Made by a program: the position numbers and the translations under genes. This document shows positions 1 to 11,849 of a DNA stretch of 64,000 bases, piece after piece. Within the stretch, counting starts at the first letter, position 1, and every line of letters begins with the position of its first letter. Source of the DNA: Lama guanicoe (Eukaryota); NCBI GenBank assembly GCA_013239625.1, contig MU053487.1:62001-126000 (forward strand), written 5' to 3'. The notes beneath the pieces were generated by a model. It was given only the letters and a program-made list of their open reading frames with translations. It did not search any database and was not told the DNA's origin.

Positions 1-950
1 AAATATATAAATAAATAAATAAAAACCTAATTACCTCTGTTTTTTTTTTAAATACAGAGTTACATGGACATGCATTACTATTATGTAAAAATTACATAAG
101 CCTGTGTAAGCCTTAGGAAAAATGAAAATATCTGTGCTAAAGTGATTAGCAGTATACTAATTTTTTGAAAAACACTTTTTAATAAAAATGGAAAAATCTC
201 CAACCCCTATGTCGTGCTGATAAAAGATTTTGTCAGGAAGTGCAAGAAGGAGGTAAAATAACAAAAACTCCCACCAGCTCCCCCCGGCATCCTGCAGCAG
301 GAAACACAAATTGAAATATGAAGCCACCCACTGCCATCATAAAGGTCTCTTTGATGACCTCTGGCTTGTGTCCTTTTCCCGCAATAGCCTGGTTTTAGGG
401 TTCCCTGGAACATACGGTCTTGTTTCAACTTACTGCTGAAACTACAGACAGGTCCAAGTGGCCTTGGAACCAGAATTACAATCAGGATTCTCTCCTAAAC
501 TACCTGTCTGGGGAATCTGCCTCTGGGTTTTTTTTTTCACCCTTTACCTTTGAAAAGTTATCAGCAATCCACATCAGCAGTGCAAAAACCAGAGTGGCCA
601 GCCACCCCAGCTTCCTTCTCACTTAGTCAACTTGCAACAGCAGAAGAGAAGAGATGAGGAGATACAGTTATTGGGGTAATACTGTAACCCTGGGCTACAG
701 AATCACCCCAGCAGAACCACAAAGACAGACGAGGTTTCAGGAATCTACCTAACAAGGCATAACTCCCTAGGAGCTGAGAGAGCTATCGCTGCCTAGAAAC
801 ACAAATCCCAGCTGGACCTCTGGCCAAAAATACGTGCCTGGGCAAACTGCAGTTTCACCAGTTGTGAATGGGACTGGTGACCTTGGAGAAGGGGTGTCAT
901 CCATGTAATGTGCCCTGCACACAGCAAACAATCAGTGTTACTTGCTTTCG

Positions 951-1472
951 CCTTTTATTTTTCTTAATGGAGTAGAGTTGATTTACAATGTTGTGTTAGT
1001 CTCAGGGGTACAGCAAAGTGATTCAGATATATATACACACATATATGTATGTGTGTATATATATTCTTTTTCATATTCTTTTCCATTATAGGCTATCACA
1101 AAATATTGAATATAGTTCCCTGTGCTCTACACTAGGTCCTTGTTGTTTCCCATTTTCTTTTTTTAGGGGGAGCAGCGGTTAGATTTATTTATTTATTTAT
1201 TCTTTTAATGGAGGTACTGGGGATTGAACCCAGGACCTTGTGCATACTAAGCACCCGCTCTGCCACTAAGCTATACCCTCCCCACCTTGACCTTGCTGTT
1301 TATCTATTTTGTACATTGTAGTTTGTATCTGCTAATCCCAAACTCCTAATTTATCCCTCCCCTCCTTTCCCCTTTGGTAACCATAACTTGGTTTTCTATG
1401 TGAGCCTCTTTCTGTTTTGTAAAATAAGTTCATTTGTAGATTCCACATATAAGTGATAGCATATATTTGTCT
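951..1472 (-). mobile_element. L1 3'-end fragment (artiodactyl-type), interrupted by a SINE
   Basis: Typical antisense L1 3'UTR text (gttgatttacaatgttgtgttagt...gaatatagttccctgtgct...ttccacatataagtgatagcat); boundaries approximate. Confidence 0.8.
1151..1282 (-). mobile_element. tRNA-derived SINE (camelid Vic-1-like)
   Basis: Reverse complement of gggagggtatagc...gggttcaatccccagtacctcc head plus (taaa)n tail. Confidence 0.85.
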
Positions 1473-1725
1473 TTTCCCCCTTTGCCTTTTTAAGCTGATA
1501 TTCATTTTATGATTTCTGGTGACAAAACTCAAGGTTGGAAGAAGCAACTATTGTCTGAAGAAGGGCCAGTCATGACAAGGTGATCCCAGAACACCAGGCT
1601 ATGCTGGTCCCTGTTCTGAGCAATGGGACAGCTGCACTGAGAGATGCAGCCATGCCCCTCCACACCCCTCCCCCAGCCAGGTGTGAGCATCCAGGCTGGG
1701 GCGAGCTCAGGGCCCTCCTACTTAC

Positions 1726-1895
1726 ATCTGGATGGCGTTCAGCCCAGCCATCTTCATCTTTACCAGCCGGTCCTTCCAGTACATGCGGGGCACGCGGAAG
1801 TAGTGGATGCTTCCTGAGATGTAGCGGAATGGCTGGCCATCCTTAAGGAAGCGGTTGTGGCTGTAGTCGATCTCGAACGTCCTCTGGGAGGCGTT
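1726..1895 (-). CDS. GLB1: Beta-galactosidase coding exon 2 (170 nt)
   Basis: Translates [56 protein letters not shown]+AT, the GH35 N-terminus of GLB1. Acceptor tgtag at 1900-1896, donor gtaagt at 1725-1720. Later exons lie left of the window. Confidence 0.97.
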
Positions 1896-1958
1896 CTACA
1901 AAGCAAGATAGGACCATGTGAGAACTTGCACCTCCTGCATTTCAGAAGCAGATGCTTT

Positions 1959-2139
1959 TTTTTTTTTAATTTAAGTACTGTCAGTTACAACGTGTCAATT
2001 TCAGGTGTCCAGCACAATGGCCCAGTCATGCATATAAATACATGTATTTGTTTTCATATTCTTTTTCATTAAAGGTTATTACAAGATATTGAACGTAGTT
2101 CCCTGTGCTATATACAGCAGAAACTTTTTTTTTTTTTTG
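1959..2139 (-). mobile_element. Short 5'-truncated L1 3' end with perfect 14-bp TSD
   Basis: TSD gaagcagatgcttt at 1945-1958 and 2140-2153; poly(T) at the left end; L1 3'UTR text (gaacgtagttccctgtgctata). Confidence 0.85.
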
Positions 2140-2945
2140 GAAGCAGATGCTTTGGCAGTGGCAAGTGATTCCCTACCCCTTAAGTTTGTGTATGTGCTGC
2201 TGGAGTCAATGTCAGCTTCTGGGCTATAAAACAAACCATGGCTGAGTCAGGGCGAGGAGGACCTCCGTGCAAGATTCCAGAGGACGGCACCAATGTGATA
2301 ATCAGTGGCTAAGATGCAAAAGTTACATTCCCAAAGAGAAAACCCTGCTGCAGGTGACTTTTCTTGTGGTGTGGTAAAAACCAGTATACTGGGGACACCA
2401 CACACACACATACACACATCCTGTCCTCTGTGGCTGTGACCTGCCGGAGCACTGAGTGTACTTCAACAGGAATGTCACTGAGCTCAAATAAACAGATGAG
2501 CAGTCGGAAGCCCTGAAGCCTCACCCACAGTGACGGAGCATCCCTCTCTAATCCTCCGCCTCTTCATCCATAAACACACGGGATGTCAGAGTAAACAAAA
2601 CTGAAGGCAATATCAGTGACCCAATTTGTGAGCCATGACTGCAATTTGGCACTTTTTTTTTTTAATGTCAAAGCTGGCACTTTTTTTAATTGAAGAGAAT
2701 AGAAAATATCACCATATTGCACATAGTAAAGACAAGTATTATTTTATGAAACTTTTGTTAATATATACATATAAAGAGTTGCATATGGATGGGTGTGTGG
2801 GGGGTTGTGATGTAAGATGTTATTTCTAGAAATCAAATCAAATTTCTAGAGACACTGTCTGGGCATAAGTTCAGGAGTTGAAATGCTACTGGGATTTGAA
2901 AGGAAGACCTCAAAGGGGAGGCCGACTGTGAGGCTGAATAGAACA

Positions 2946-2959
2946 CTGCCCTCTGGTGG
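2946..2959 (-). promoter_or_regulatory. CTCF-like core motif
   Basis: Reverse complement CCACCAGAGGGCAG matches the CTCF core consensus; binding not shown. Confidence 0.5.
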
Positions 2960-4095
2960 TGGGAAAAGGCAGCAACAGATCTCAGATGCCTACAGGACCA
3001 GGGCTACAAGAAACCATTTAAATAGTGTCCTTCATTGTTGGTGAGATTCCTTGTGTATCACTGGGCATTTTTTTAAGGTTTTTTTTTTCTTTCATAGCAG
3101 CATCACAGTCCATGAGAGCTTTGGGGGCTTCCCTTGAGGCCATATCTGGAAACAACTGTGAGAGTGAGGGTCCTAGAACACACTTGGCCTGAAATCCACC
3201 TAGAGAGTTAAAGCATTGTAACTAAAGGTAGACAACTCACCAGATTGCTTAGGGGCAAATGAAAAGCTTTACTGTATGTGAGTTAATAAAGCTAACTAAA
3301 AATAAGCAAATAAATAATTTAAGAATCATTTTTAAGAGGCCAATGTCAATTTGATCTTTTTATTCTTCTAGTAAAGAACACTTTAATTGCCATTCAAAAG
3401 CAAGAAACACAAAAATATAAAAATTATTTCTTCTACCAGATGCCCCAGTGTATAGTTTTGAAAGCATCTCATAGCATGTATGTGATTAAATGTGAAATAA
3501 GGGTTTCCTACAAGTTCTGTGAGTTTCAAGGTGGCTCATGGGTTGGGCAACTTCTTTGGACAGATAGAAAGACAGTAGCAACTTTGGGCAGAACTGGGAA
3601 AAGCAAACGGCTGATTGAAGTCCACTTGTCTAGGGGAAGGTGTTCAGAGGAGGAGGAGATGAGATTGGAGAAAATGATCCTGGCAGACAGTGGAATTTGG
3701 CCTTGGTCCCACACAGCACAGCATGACCCCTCCATTCAAACAACCTCCAAATCCAGCCCAAATATCAACCTACCAACCATTTACAAATATTACCAAGCAC
3801 CTACTATGTGCTGAGTAATAACAGAGAGGAAGGACATAGATGTGGCCACAGCCCACATGAGGCTTCTATCTAGCAAGGAAGAAACCCAACAGTCAACATA
3901 GAGAGGCCCAGATGGTAAAGTGTGGATAAGATCAGCCGGTTGGACACCTTAAACGCATACAGTGTTCTTCATTGATAACATCTCAGTACAGCTGGCGGGG
4001 AAGGACTAGAGTGGAAGACTGAAGCAGCAACAAATGGCATGTGACGCAAACCTGGAGACTGAGGACAAGTTTCCCCAAGGAAGGACCACCTCAAA

Positions 4096-4270
4096 CTGTG
4101 GTTGTCAGCCTTGGCCACATCAGAATCACCTGCGCAAGCTTTTAAAAATAGCAAAGTCTGGCCTCATCGCCCAGACATTCAGATTTTAGTTGATTTGGGT
4201 GGAGTCCAGGCATTAGCATTTCTTAAAGCAGCCCAGATGGTGTAACATGCAGGCAGGGTTGAGAATGACC
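4096..4270. mobile_element. MER5A-like hAT-Charlie MITE
   Basis: gtggttgtcagccttggccacatcagaatcacctg...gcagggttgagaatgacc resembles the MER5A consensus. Confidence 0.7.
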
Positions 4271-4619
4271 GGGCTAGGCTAAGCCCTGAGATGAGGAAGA
4301 GCCAGCCAAGCAGACGGGTGACACTGGCAGAGGAGACAGTGGGGACTGGCGGAGGGAGGGCAGGGTGCAGCGAAGGAGCGGTGGACCCTCAACACAGAGG
4401 AAGCCCCATGGCAGCCAGAACGGAGGAGATGGGCGGGAGCCAGGCTGGGTGAGCCCTGAAGTCCACTTTCAAGGGCCTGGAGAGCTATGGAGAGCAACTT
4501 GAAGAGAAGAATGAGGATCCAACATGTGTTTCCAAACATTCGGCACTCTGGCCTTTTCTTGAAACGGCAATAGAGGATGCGGTCACGGACCATGATGGGG
4601 GCAGCAGGTGGAATGCACA

Positions 4620-5870
4620 GGGCCAGGGCTAACCTCAAGAGGCTCCCATTGGCCTCAGGTAGAAAAGTTTGAGCTTTTTTTTTTTTTTAAGAGAGAGAAG
4701 TTTGGGGGAGAGGGGGCAGCTCAGTGGTAGAGCGTGTGCTTATCATGCACGAGGTCCTGGGTTCAATCCCCAGTACCTCCATTAAATATATATATGTATG
4801 TATAAAATAAATAAATAAATAATTTTTAAAAATGGATAACAATAAAAGAAAGTTAAAGCTGTATTAGAGAGAGAAGTTAAGAGATACATCAACTGGAATA
4901 AAAAAAAGTGCAAGGCTATTGACATTTGTGAGTTCATAATCATACACAGAGAGGAAAAAAGAATTCACCTTCAGAGATCACTAGAGTAGCAACTCATGAC
5001 TCTAAAGATGACAAATAAAGGGTATTTCCCTGTCACATAAAAACTATATTTCAAGGTAACCGAAAAGTTGACAATGGAAAATTCTTCACAGAATTTCAGC
5101 TGATCAATGCAGATGGAATAACACAATCTGAAAAAACACCCTTTTCTAATACTTAGTGAAATAATGGATTTAAGCTAGAATCATCAACGGATGCTAAAAC
5201 CATCAGCAAGGTCGATAGAATTCTACAAAGAAGGGATCAGGCAGATTCTACGTGTTCCCTCTGCTCCAGGTCAAGCTCATAAATCTAGATGTGACTCTCC
5301 TGTGGTGATTTAGCAGGAAGTACACAGCCCCGCCCAGAAGCAGCCCTCATTATGGGACTTAAATCTCCACTGAACCTGGTTCTCAACAATAAGAGCAAGA
5401 GGAAGCCAGAACCCGAATCTGAAATGTCAGGCATTCTAAAAGTCCAGTGATAGAGTTGCTCTGACAAGTTGACGGTATTAAAATAAAAATAAGATAGAGT
5501 ATTACTAGAAAATAGAAGTGAACTTAAGAGACATAACAACCTAGTGCAGCACAGGAAGCTGGCCTGGATTCTGATTTTAACAAACTGACAAAAAAAAAAA
5601 TGTTGAGAGAGGAATATCTAGTCATAAGCTGGGCATTAGATAGAATTTTTAAACTGCCTTTAATTCTGTTGGGAATAATAATGGCATGGATTATACAAAA
5701 GAAAAAAAAAGTCCTCTTCTGTTGGAGATACATAGAGGAGTATTGATGGGTGGAGTGACATCTGAGGTTACTGTAGATCAAGACGAAACAGGAAAAAAAA
5801 AAAGTAGAGGGTATGGAAAGCCAAACTGATCATTGCTGAAGCTGGGTAACTGGAATCATGGGCACTGTCT
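4620..5870 (+). mobile_element. Ancient L1 (L1MC/L1MD-like) 3' region, SINE-interrupted
   Basis: Degenerate old-L1 3'UTR motifs (gaggctcccattggcc; atcaatgcagatggaat; ttagaatcatcaacggatgctaaaacc); similar to 11850-13240. Confidence 0.55.
4704..4865 (+). mobile_element. tRNA-derived SINE (Vic-1-like)
   Basis: agctcagtggtagagc...gggttcaatccccagtacctcc, A-rich tail, TSD agagagagaagtt (4690-4702 / 4866-4878). Confidence 0.85.
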
Positions 5871-5879
5871 CTCTGTATT

Positions 5880-6005
5880 TTTTGTTTGTTTTGGTGGGGG
5901 GCAGGTAATTAGGTTTATGTATTTATTTTATGGAGGTGCTGGGGATTGAACCCAGGACCTCGTCTATGCTAGGCACATGCTCTACCACTGAGCTATACCC
6001 TCCCC
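5880..6005 (-). mobile_element. tRNA-derived SINE (Vic-1-like)
   Basis: ggggattgaacccaggacctc...tctaccactgagctataccctcccc. Confidence 0.85.
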
Positions 6006-6169
6006 AGTCTTTTTTGAAATTTTCCATAATAAAACATCTTTTAAACATGCATTTACCCTTTTCAACAGAATTTTCTCCATGGATATACATACAATTGTGC
6101 CTTTAAAAAGTTTCTGCAACACTACTGAAACCAAATGGCACTTCAAAAGAAAGGCTTTTCTTGGTTATA

Positions 6170-6920
6170 AGAGAAACAAAAACATATTCATGAAAAGACT
6201 TATAGAAAATGTTCATAGCAGCTCTATTCATAATAGCCCCAAACTGGAAGCAAAACCCGAAACTCCTCCCTCAACAAGTAAATGAATAAATACACGATGG
6301 CATATCCACACAACAGAAGACTACTCAGCAGTAAAAAAGAAAGAACTACCGATACTTGCAATAACGTGGGTACATCTCAAACCTGTCATGCTGACAAGTG
6401 AAAGAAGCCTTACACAAAAGGTTCACAGTGTATGAGTCCATTTATGTGAAGTTCTGGAGCAGGCAAGTCCAATTTATGATGGAAAAAATATCAGGAGAGT
6501 TACTGCCTTTGGGAGAGGAGGGGCAGGTACTGCTTGGGAAAGGATAGGATGGAACTTCCTGGGGCAATGGTAATGTTCCGTAGCTGAGTCAGGGTTTTGG
6601 ATTACCAGGTGTATGCATTTGTCAAAACTCACCAAATGGTGCACTGAGATTGGTGTTATTTCATTGCATGTAAAGTTGACCTCAAAAGGAAAAAAAAAAA
6701 CTATAAACAAATACTAACCTCTAGTTAATGATATACACGCTGATTTATTTGAGGGGAACTACACTGATGTCTGTGACTTACTCTGAAACGCACCCAAAAA
6801 ATAAGATGGATTGATGGACGGAAGGATGGATTGATAGTAATATGTTAATGGTAGAATCTGAATGGTGAGGGTAAAATTTTTTCAACCCTCTGTATGTGTG
6901 AAAATTTTTCCTAGTCAAAT
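6170..6920 (+). mobile_element. Old L1 3' fragment(s)
   Basis: aatgttcatagcagctctattcataatagccccaaactggaa and downstream old-L1 3'UTR motifs. Confidence 0.65.
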
Positions 6921-6939
6921 GTTGACACAAATTACAAAG

Positions 6940-7710
6940 TTGGGAGCTGGGAGAATTGGAGGAAGGTGGTCAAAAGGCACAAACTTCCAGTTATAAGACA
7001 GTAAGTACCAGGGATGTAACGTACAACCTGATGACTATAGGTGGCACGGCTGTGTGATATACAGGAAAGCTGTTAAGAGAGTAAACGCTAAGTGAGTTGT
7101 CTTCCATTACATACACATGCTGCATCTTCTTCATCCATTCATCTATTGATGTGCACTTAACGATGCTTCCATGTCTTGGCAATTATAAACAATGTTGCCG
7201 TTAATAGCGGGGTGGCGGGGTGTATGCATCTTTTTGAATTAACTCTTATTTTGTGGCTGGCTTTATTCCTTGATAATTATGTAAGTTTAGAAAGCTAAAG
7301 CTCTGAATGTTCTTAGAAACAATGAACAGTACATATATGTAAATTTTTTAAATATGTGTAGTATGTTGTGTCTATGTATTTATATGCGATCCATTGTATA
7401 TGTGCAGTCAAATTGTAAAAATTCTACCTAATAAAACTGAAAAATAAAAAAAAATTCTACCTAATAAAACTGAAAAATGAAAAAAAAAGAGTAAACCCTA
7501 AGAGTTCTCATCATAAGGAGAACATTTTTTCCCTTCTCCATTTCTTTCCTTTCCTTTTTATTGTATCTAAATGAGAAAACAGGTGTTCACTGAACCTGTT
7601 GTGGTCATCACTTCACAATACGTAAAGCGAACCATCTCACTGTTCGCCTTAGACTTACACAGTGATACATGTCAGTTACTTCTCATCAGAACTGGACCAA
7701 AAAAAACAAA
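6940..7710 (+). mobile_element. L1 3' end (L1MA-like) hosting a nested retroposed insert at 7093-7487
   Basis: aaacttccagttataag...gttaagagagtaaac[insert]cctaagagttctcatcataagg...gtcagttacttctcatcagaactgga. Confidence 0.7.
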
Positions 7711-7919
7711 AAATTTAAAGAGTGAGCTGATTAAATAAATTGCGGTTTTTATGGTATGTGACATGAATGGTATGGTACATATGAATACATGTACACACAC
7801 ACAGACACACACACACACAATGAAATATCACTGACTCTCTTCTTGCCATTGGAAAGATCTCTGAGACGTATGAACAGAAGGTCAAGAGGGGTTTCCGTAA
7901 ACAAACCTACATCAGCTCC

Positions 7920-10450
7920 TGTGGCTAGTCCTGTGTCAGCTCCGTATACTTTGTGCTGACAGCGTCTCAACTCAAACTCACATCTCAAGTCTTTGTCCTG
8001 CCCCTACGCCACGGGCACCTGCTCGCCCAGGAACCTAGGAGTAGGGGTGGGGGGTGTCCACGCCCCTGGGGGCAGCCCTCAACAAGTTGAGTGGACAAAA
8101 GCACTCTCTACTCTTAGGCAGATGATTCTGGAGACATTCTGTGTACTTTCCAAGAGACTTTGGCAGAATGGTCCTGCCACCCAGAGTGAGAACCACAATA
8201 CCTCTTCCCACCTGTCCCTCGTGGACCACTTTTCAGATCACCAGCACTCAAGCCCTCGTTTTATATTCTGCTTCTAGAGGAACCCAAACTAAGACACTTG
8301 GTACCAGAATTGGCCTAACGGCAGATACTTACAATGGGAGTCTGTACCTGGGTTTCTCATTTCCTGTTTGTCACACAACAGTAAGAACCTTGTAGCTGGT
8401 GTGAAGGAGGTGGTGACAGCCCATGGTATGCAAACACAAACACAGGAACACTCAGGCCCTCACCTGGGCGGGACGGGGAGCAGGCACAGGCAGAGGGGAG
8501 GACTTGGCATCTGTATTAGCTCTTCCCATGGAATGGGGCTGAGGGGCAGGGGTAACTGCTGGTAACTGTAAGGACTGTGAGGTCAGCTGGCTTTTATGAA
8601 CAGACATGGAAGCTTTGAAGACAGAGGCTAGCTGACAGGCTCACGTCAGCAATCACTAGGGGGGTTCTTTGAATGTCAGAGGTTTCCGTGGCAATGTTTA
8701 AAGAGACCTATAACGGGGGAGAGCAGCTCAGTGGTAGAGTGCATGCACAAGGTCCTGGGTTCAATCCCTAGTACCTCCACTAAAAAATAAATGAATAAAC
8801 ATAACCCCCACAAAAACTAAAAAAAAAAAAAAAAAATTAAAGAGATCTGTATCTCCTGCCAGGAAGACAATGCTCAGGACTTAATGACGGGTAGGGGACA
8901 CTGAGAGGGGGTCTTGAGGGGACAGAATGTGAGGCTGGATAGAGGGAAGTTTCCTGACATGGTGCAATCTCCCACGACTTGCAAGCTATCATCACAGAAA
9001 AGGCACCTCAGCCCAGTCCCTGTGCTGGTGGGACCGGGCTCCTTAGAACCTGGATGTGCTATCTGTCTACAAGAAGTGAGACGAACATTCCTCTGGAACC
9101 CAGAGGAAGGTGGGAGATGGCTCCCAGAGGTGGGAAGGTAAAAACGGTGACCAGACACCCCACCATCTGGCTCTTTTCCCCAGGACAGGCCAGAGGATGT
9201 TCCATGCTGTAAGGAACGAAGCAGGGAGGAGGGCCCTGGCATCCTCCAGAAGCTCCGGGAGGGCTGTCCTTTGTGCGCAGGGGACAGAAGATGCTCCCTA
9301 GTGTCACTGAGGGTGATGAGATTCCGGGATAACCAAAGAGGTACCGCCTGACGGCCAGAGGCAGGTGGCCATAGTCACCACCATCACCAGTCAGGCCAGG
9401 GTGGCAACCAGGTCATGTTGACAGGGGTGACCTCAGGCAAGGGCTTGTAAACCACAGTCTTCTAGAGGGTGAGATGGTTGGGCCACCAGCAAGGGCGCTG
9501 CCTGATGAGTCTCACAAGAAAAGAATCAATTACTCATGAGCAAAATGCTGAGGTCTGCCACTACGGTGGAAACTCGTGATTCCTTCGTCCGGTTCCCAGC
9601 TCTGAGGCAGGTCTACAGCCAACTGATGGGAGGGAGGGCCCCGTAACAGCACCCTAAGGACACACAACAAATAATCCTTCCCCAACGGGATGCAGGGCAC
9701 CTGTGTCCTAAGGCACCCCAAGATCTTGTGAGGACTGTTGGATGCAGTCTGGCTGAGTCGGATGCTAGGGCTCCTGAGATGCCATGATCCCCACCCTACC
9801 CTCATTGCTCTCTGGCCACAGGAAAGGGAGCCTTGGCCCAAGTCCTTCTCAAGTGGGCCCAACAAATCAGAGGACCTACCCCACACTGATGTCCCTGGTC
9901 CTGAGTGCAAATTGGGATGGCTTTACTTAACAGCCCCTAGACTCTTCATCATGAGTCACTGTGGAGGGAAGGACCAAGCAGACGTCCTGGAGTTGCCCAC
10001 TCCCTACCTCAACCCGAGATAAATCTGAACAAGACCACAGTTCCTCCCGGAACTGCAGATCCTGGTGCCTCCCTGGCAGAGACTCACTGGACATCCTCAA
10101 CACATCCCCATGCAGGTCACCCATGAGCCCCTGCAAAAAACAGAGCCTGGTGGATGCTGGCTGATTACTTGTTTAACCAAGCAGGAGCCCCAGAGGCAGC
10201 TACCGTGTGGGTGTGGTATCATTCCTGGAATCATCAACACAGCCTCTGGCATTTGGTTTGTAGCTAATGTTCTAAGCTTTTCAAAATTATCAATAAAAAG
10301 GGTCAAAAGCAGTTTGCCTGTCAGCGAGACACTGTCTTTCTCTTGCCCCAGGACCCTGTTAACTGCCTGGCTCTCCCATAATCAGTCTTGACTGTCAGGA
10401 TACTCCCTGAGCTGTCTCACTGGTCTGATATGCAGACACCACCATGATAC
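7920..10450 (+). mobile_element. Ancient ERVL provirus remnant: 5' LTR (7920-8296), PBS and degenerate internal gag/pol
   Basis: LTR TG...ctgcttctagaggaacccaaactaagaCA followed by ttggtaccagaa (ERVL-type PBS region). ORF 10065-10391 contains INTASGIWF, resembling the ERV-L RT segment INTASGTWY. The 3' boundary is approximate. Confidence 0.65.
8715..8836 (+). mobile_element. tRNA-derived SINE (Vic-1-like)
   Basis: agctcagtggtagagtgcatgcacaaggtcctgggttcaatccc with poly(A); imperfect TSD ttaaagaga. Confidence 0.85.
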
Positions 10451-11849
10451 CTGGGGAGCAGTGACAAGCCTCTGAAACTGTAATTTAGAAAAGCAGCAGA
10501 GGGGAGATTATGGACAGCTACAGAAGCAGCATCGCCTAAGAGACAGCTTCTAACTGGTGACTGTCATGGCCAAGATCAACGGGGAAAACCCACTCCACGA
10601 TCCCTCTCAGTGTTAGAGGACCTGAGAGGATCCAGCCTCAAAGAGCTGGCACCACTGACTTGTGGCACCACTAACAGAAGGAAGGTAATGGAGAGCCGAG
10701 GAGGGGAGGAGGAAAGAAAGAAACCCGCCTTCAGAGATTTTTTCCCCCAAATACAACTCAACAGTCTGAAAATTGATGAATCAAGAGAAAGAACAGAATT
10801 CTGCCCCTTCTAAATGAACTGACACCGGAACCGAATATGGAAGAGACATCGTTTTATTTCACATGTGCACGGGTGTGGTCGCATCAGTTCTTACAGTGCA
10901 GGAGGTCACAGAACTCACAAAATAAAAAGCAATTCCAAGCAAGTCAAAGCCCACACCTTCCAGAGCTCCCACCCCCCAGCCCAACCCAATGTACATAATG
11001 CATATAATATCGGAGAGAAAGGACCACAGTGCAAAAGAAATATCCTCAGACCAAAAACACATCAGGGACCAAATACCATCCAATATAACATGTTTCAAGT
11101 TATTGATACCATTTAGATTATTTCAGTGGTAAATAAGCATTTTTAAAAAATTAAGCACAACATCAATACTTATATCACCAGGTAATGGGAACATTCCCCA
11201 AGTTTCCTAGTCCTCAGGACTAAAAACAATTATATTTGCATGACTTGTGCACATTCCTCAACCTAAGAGCCTTTCAAACATCAAATGTCGTGAAAGCACC
11301 ATTCCAGCAGACAGGCTGGGGAACAAAGGGTGATGGTCAATATGAATCTGGAGTAATCTGAATGATCTGCTATAGCTTATATATTTATGTATTTTATTTA
11401 CTCATGCCTGTCTTGTTCCAAAAAGATTTTTGTTCAGCATTCCAGAGAACTGTGGATAAAGACTGTAAATTACAATGGAAGAGGAAGGAAAATGGAAGAA
11501 CGGAAGAGGAATGAGCACAGGTGAGGACCAGTTCCCAACCCCCCAGGACTCCCAGGCATTTACAGCTTTAATTCTGCCCCCTCCTCTCAGAGAAAAGGTA
11601 CGTGCATAATTTAAGAAAACCAAAATAAAATTTAAAAATATAAAATAATTCCTAAATGTTAAAAACAGACCTAACTTCCCACACAGGAAAGAATCATTTC
11701 AAGGTAATTTGAAATAGTATTTTGAGTGTGTTGAGCCTAAGGATAAAAATACATTTTGAGCTGTATTCAGGTAAAACAAACAAATAAACCTGCATCTAGC
11801 AGATTTCATCTTATTAATAATGTTTTATTACTATTTTGAATCTATGAAA

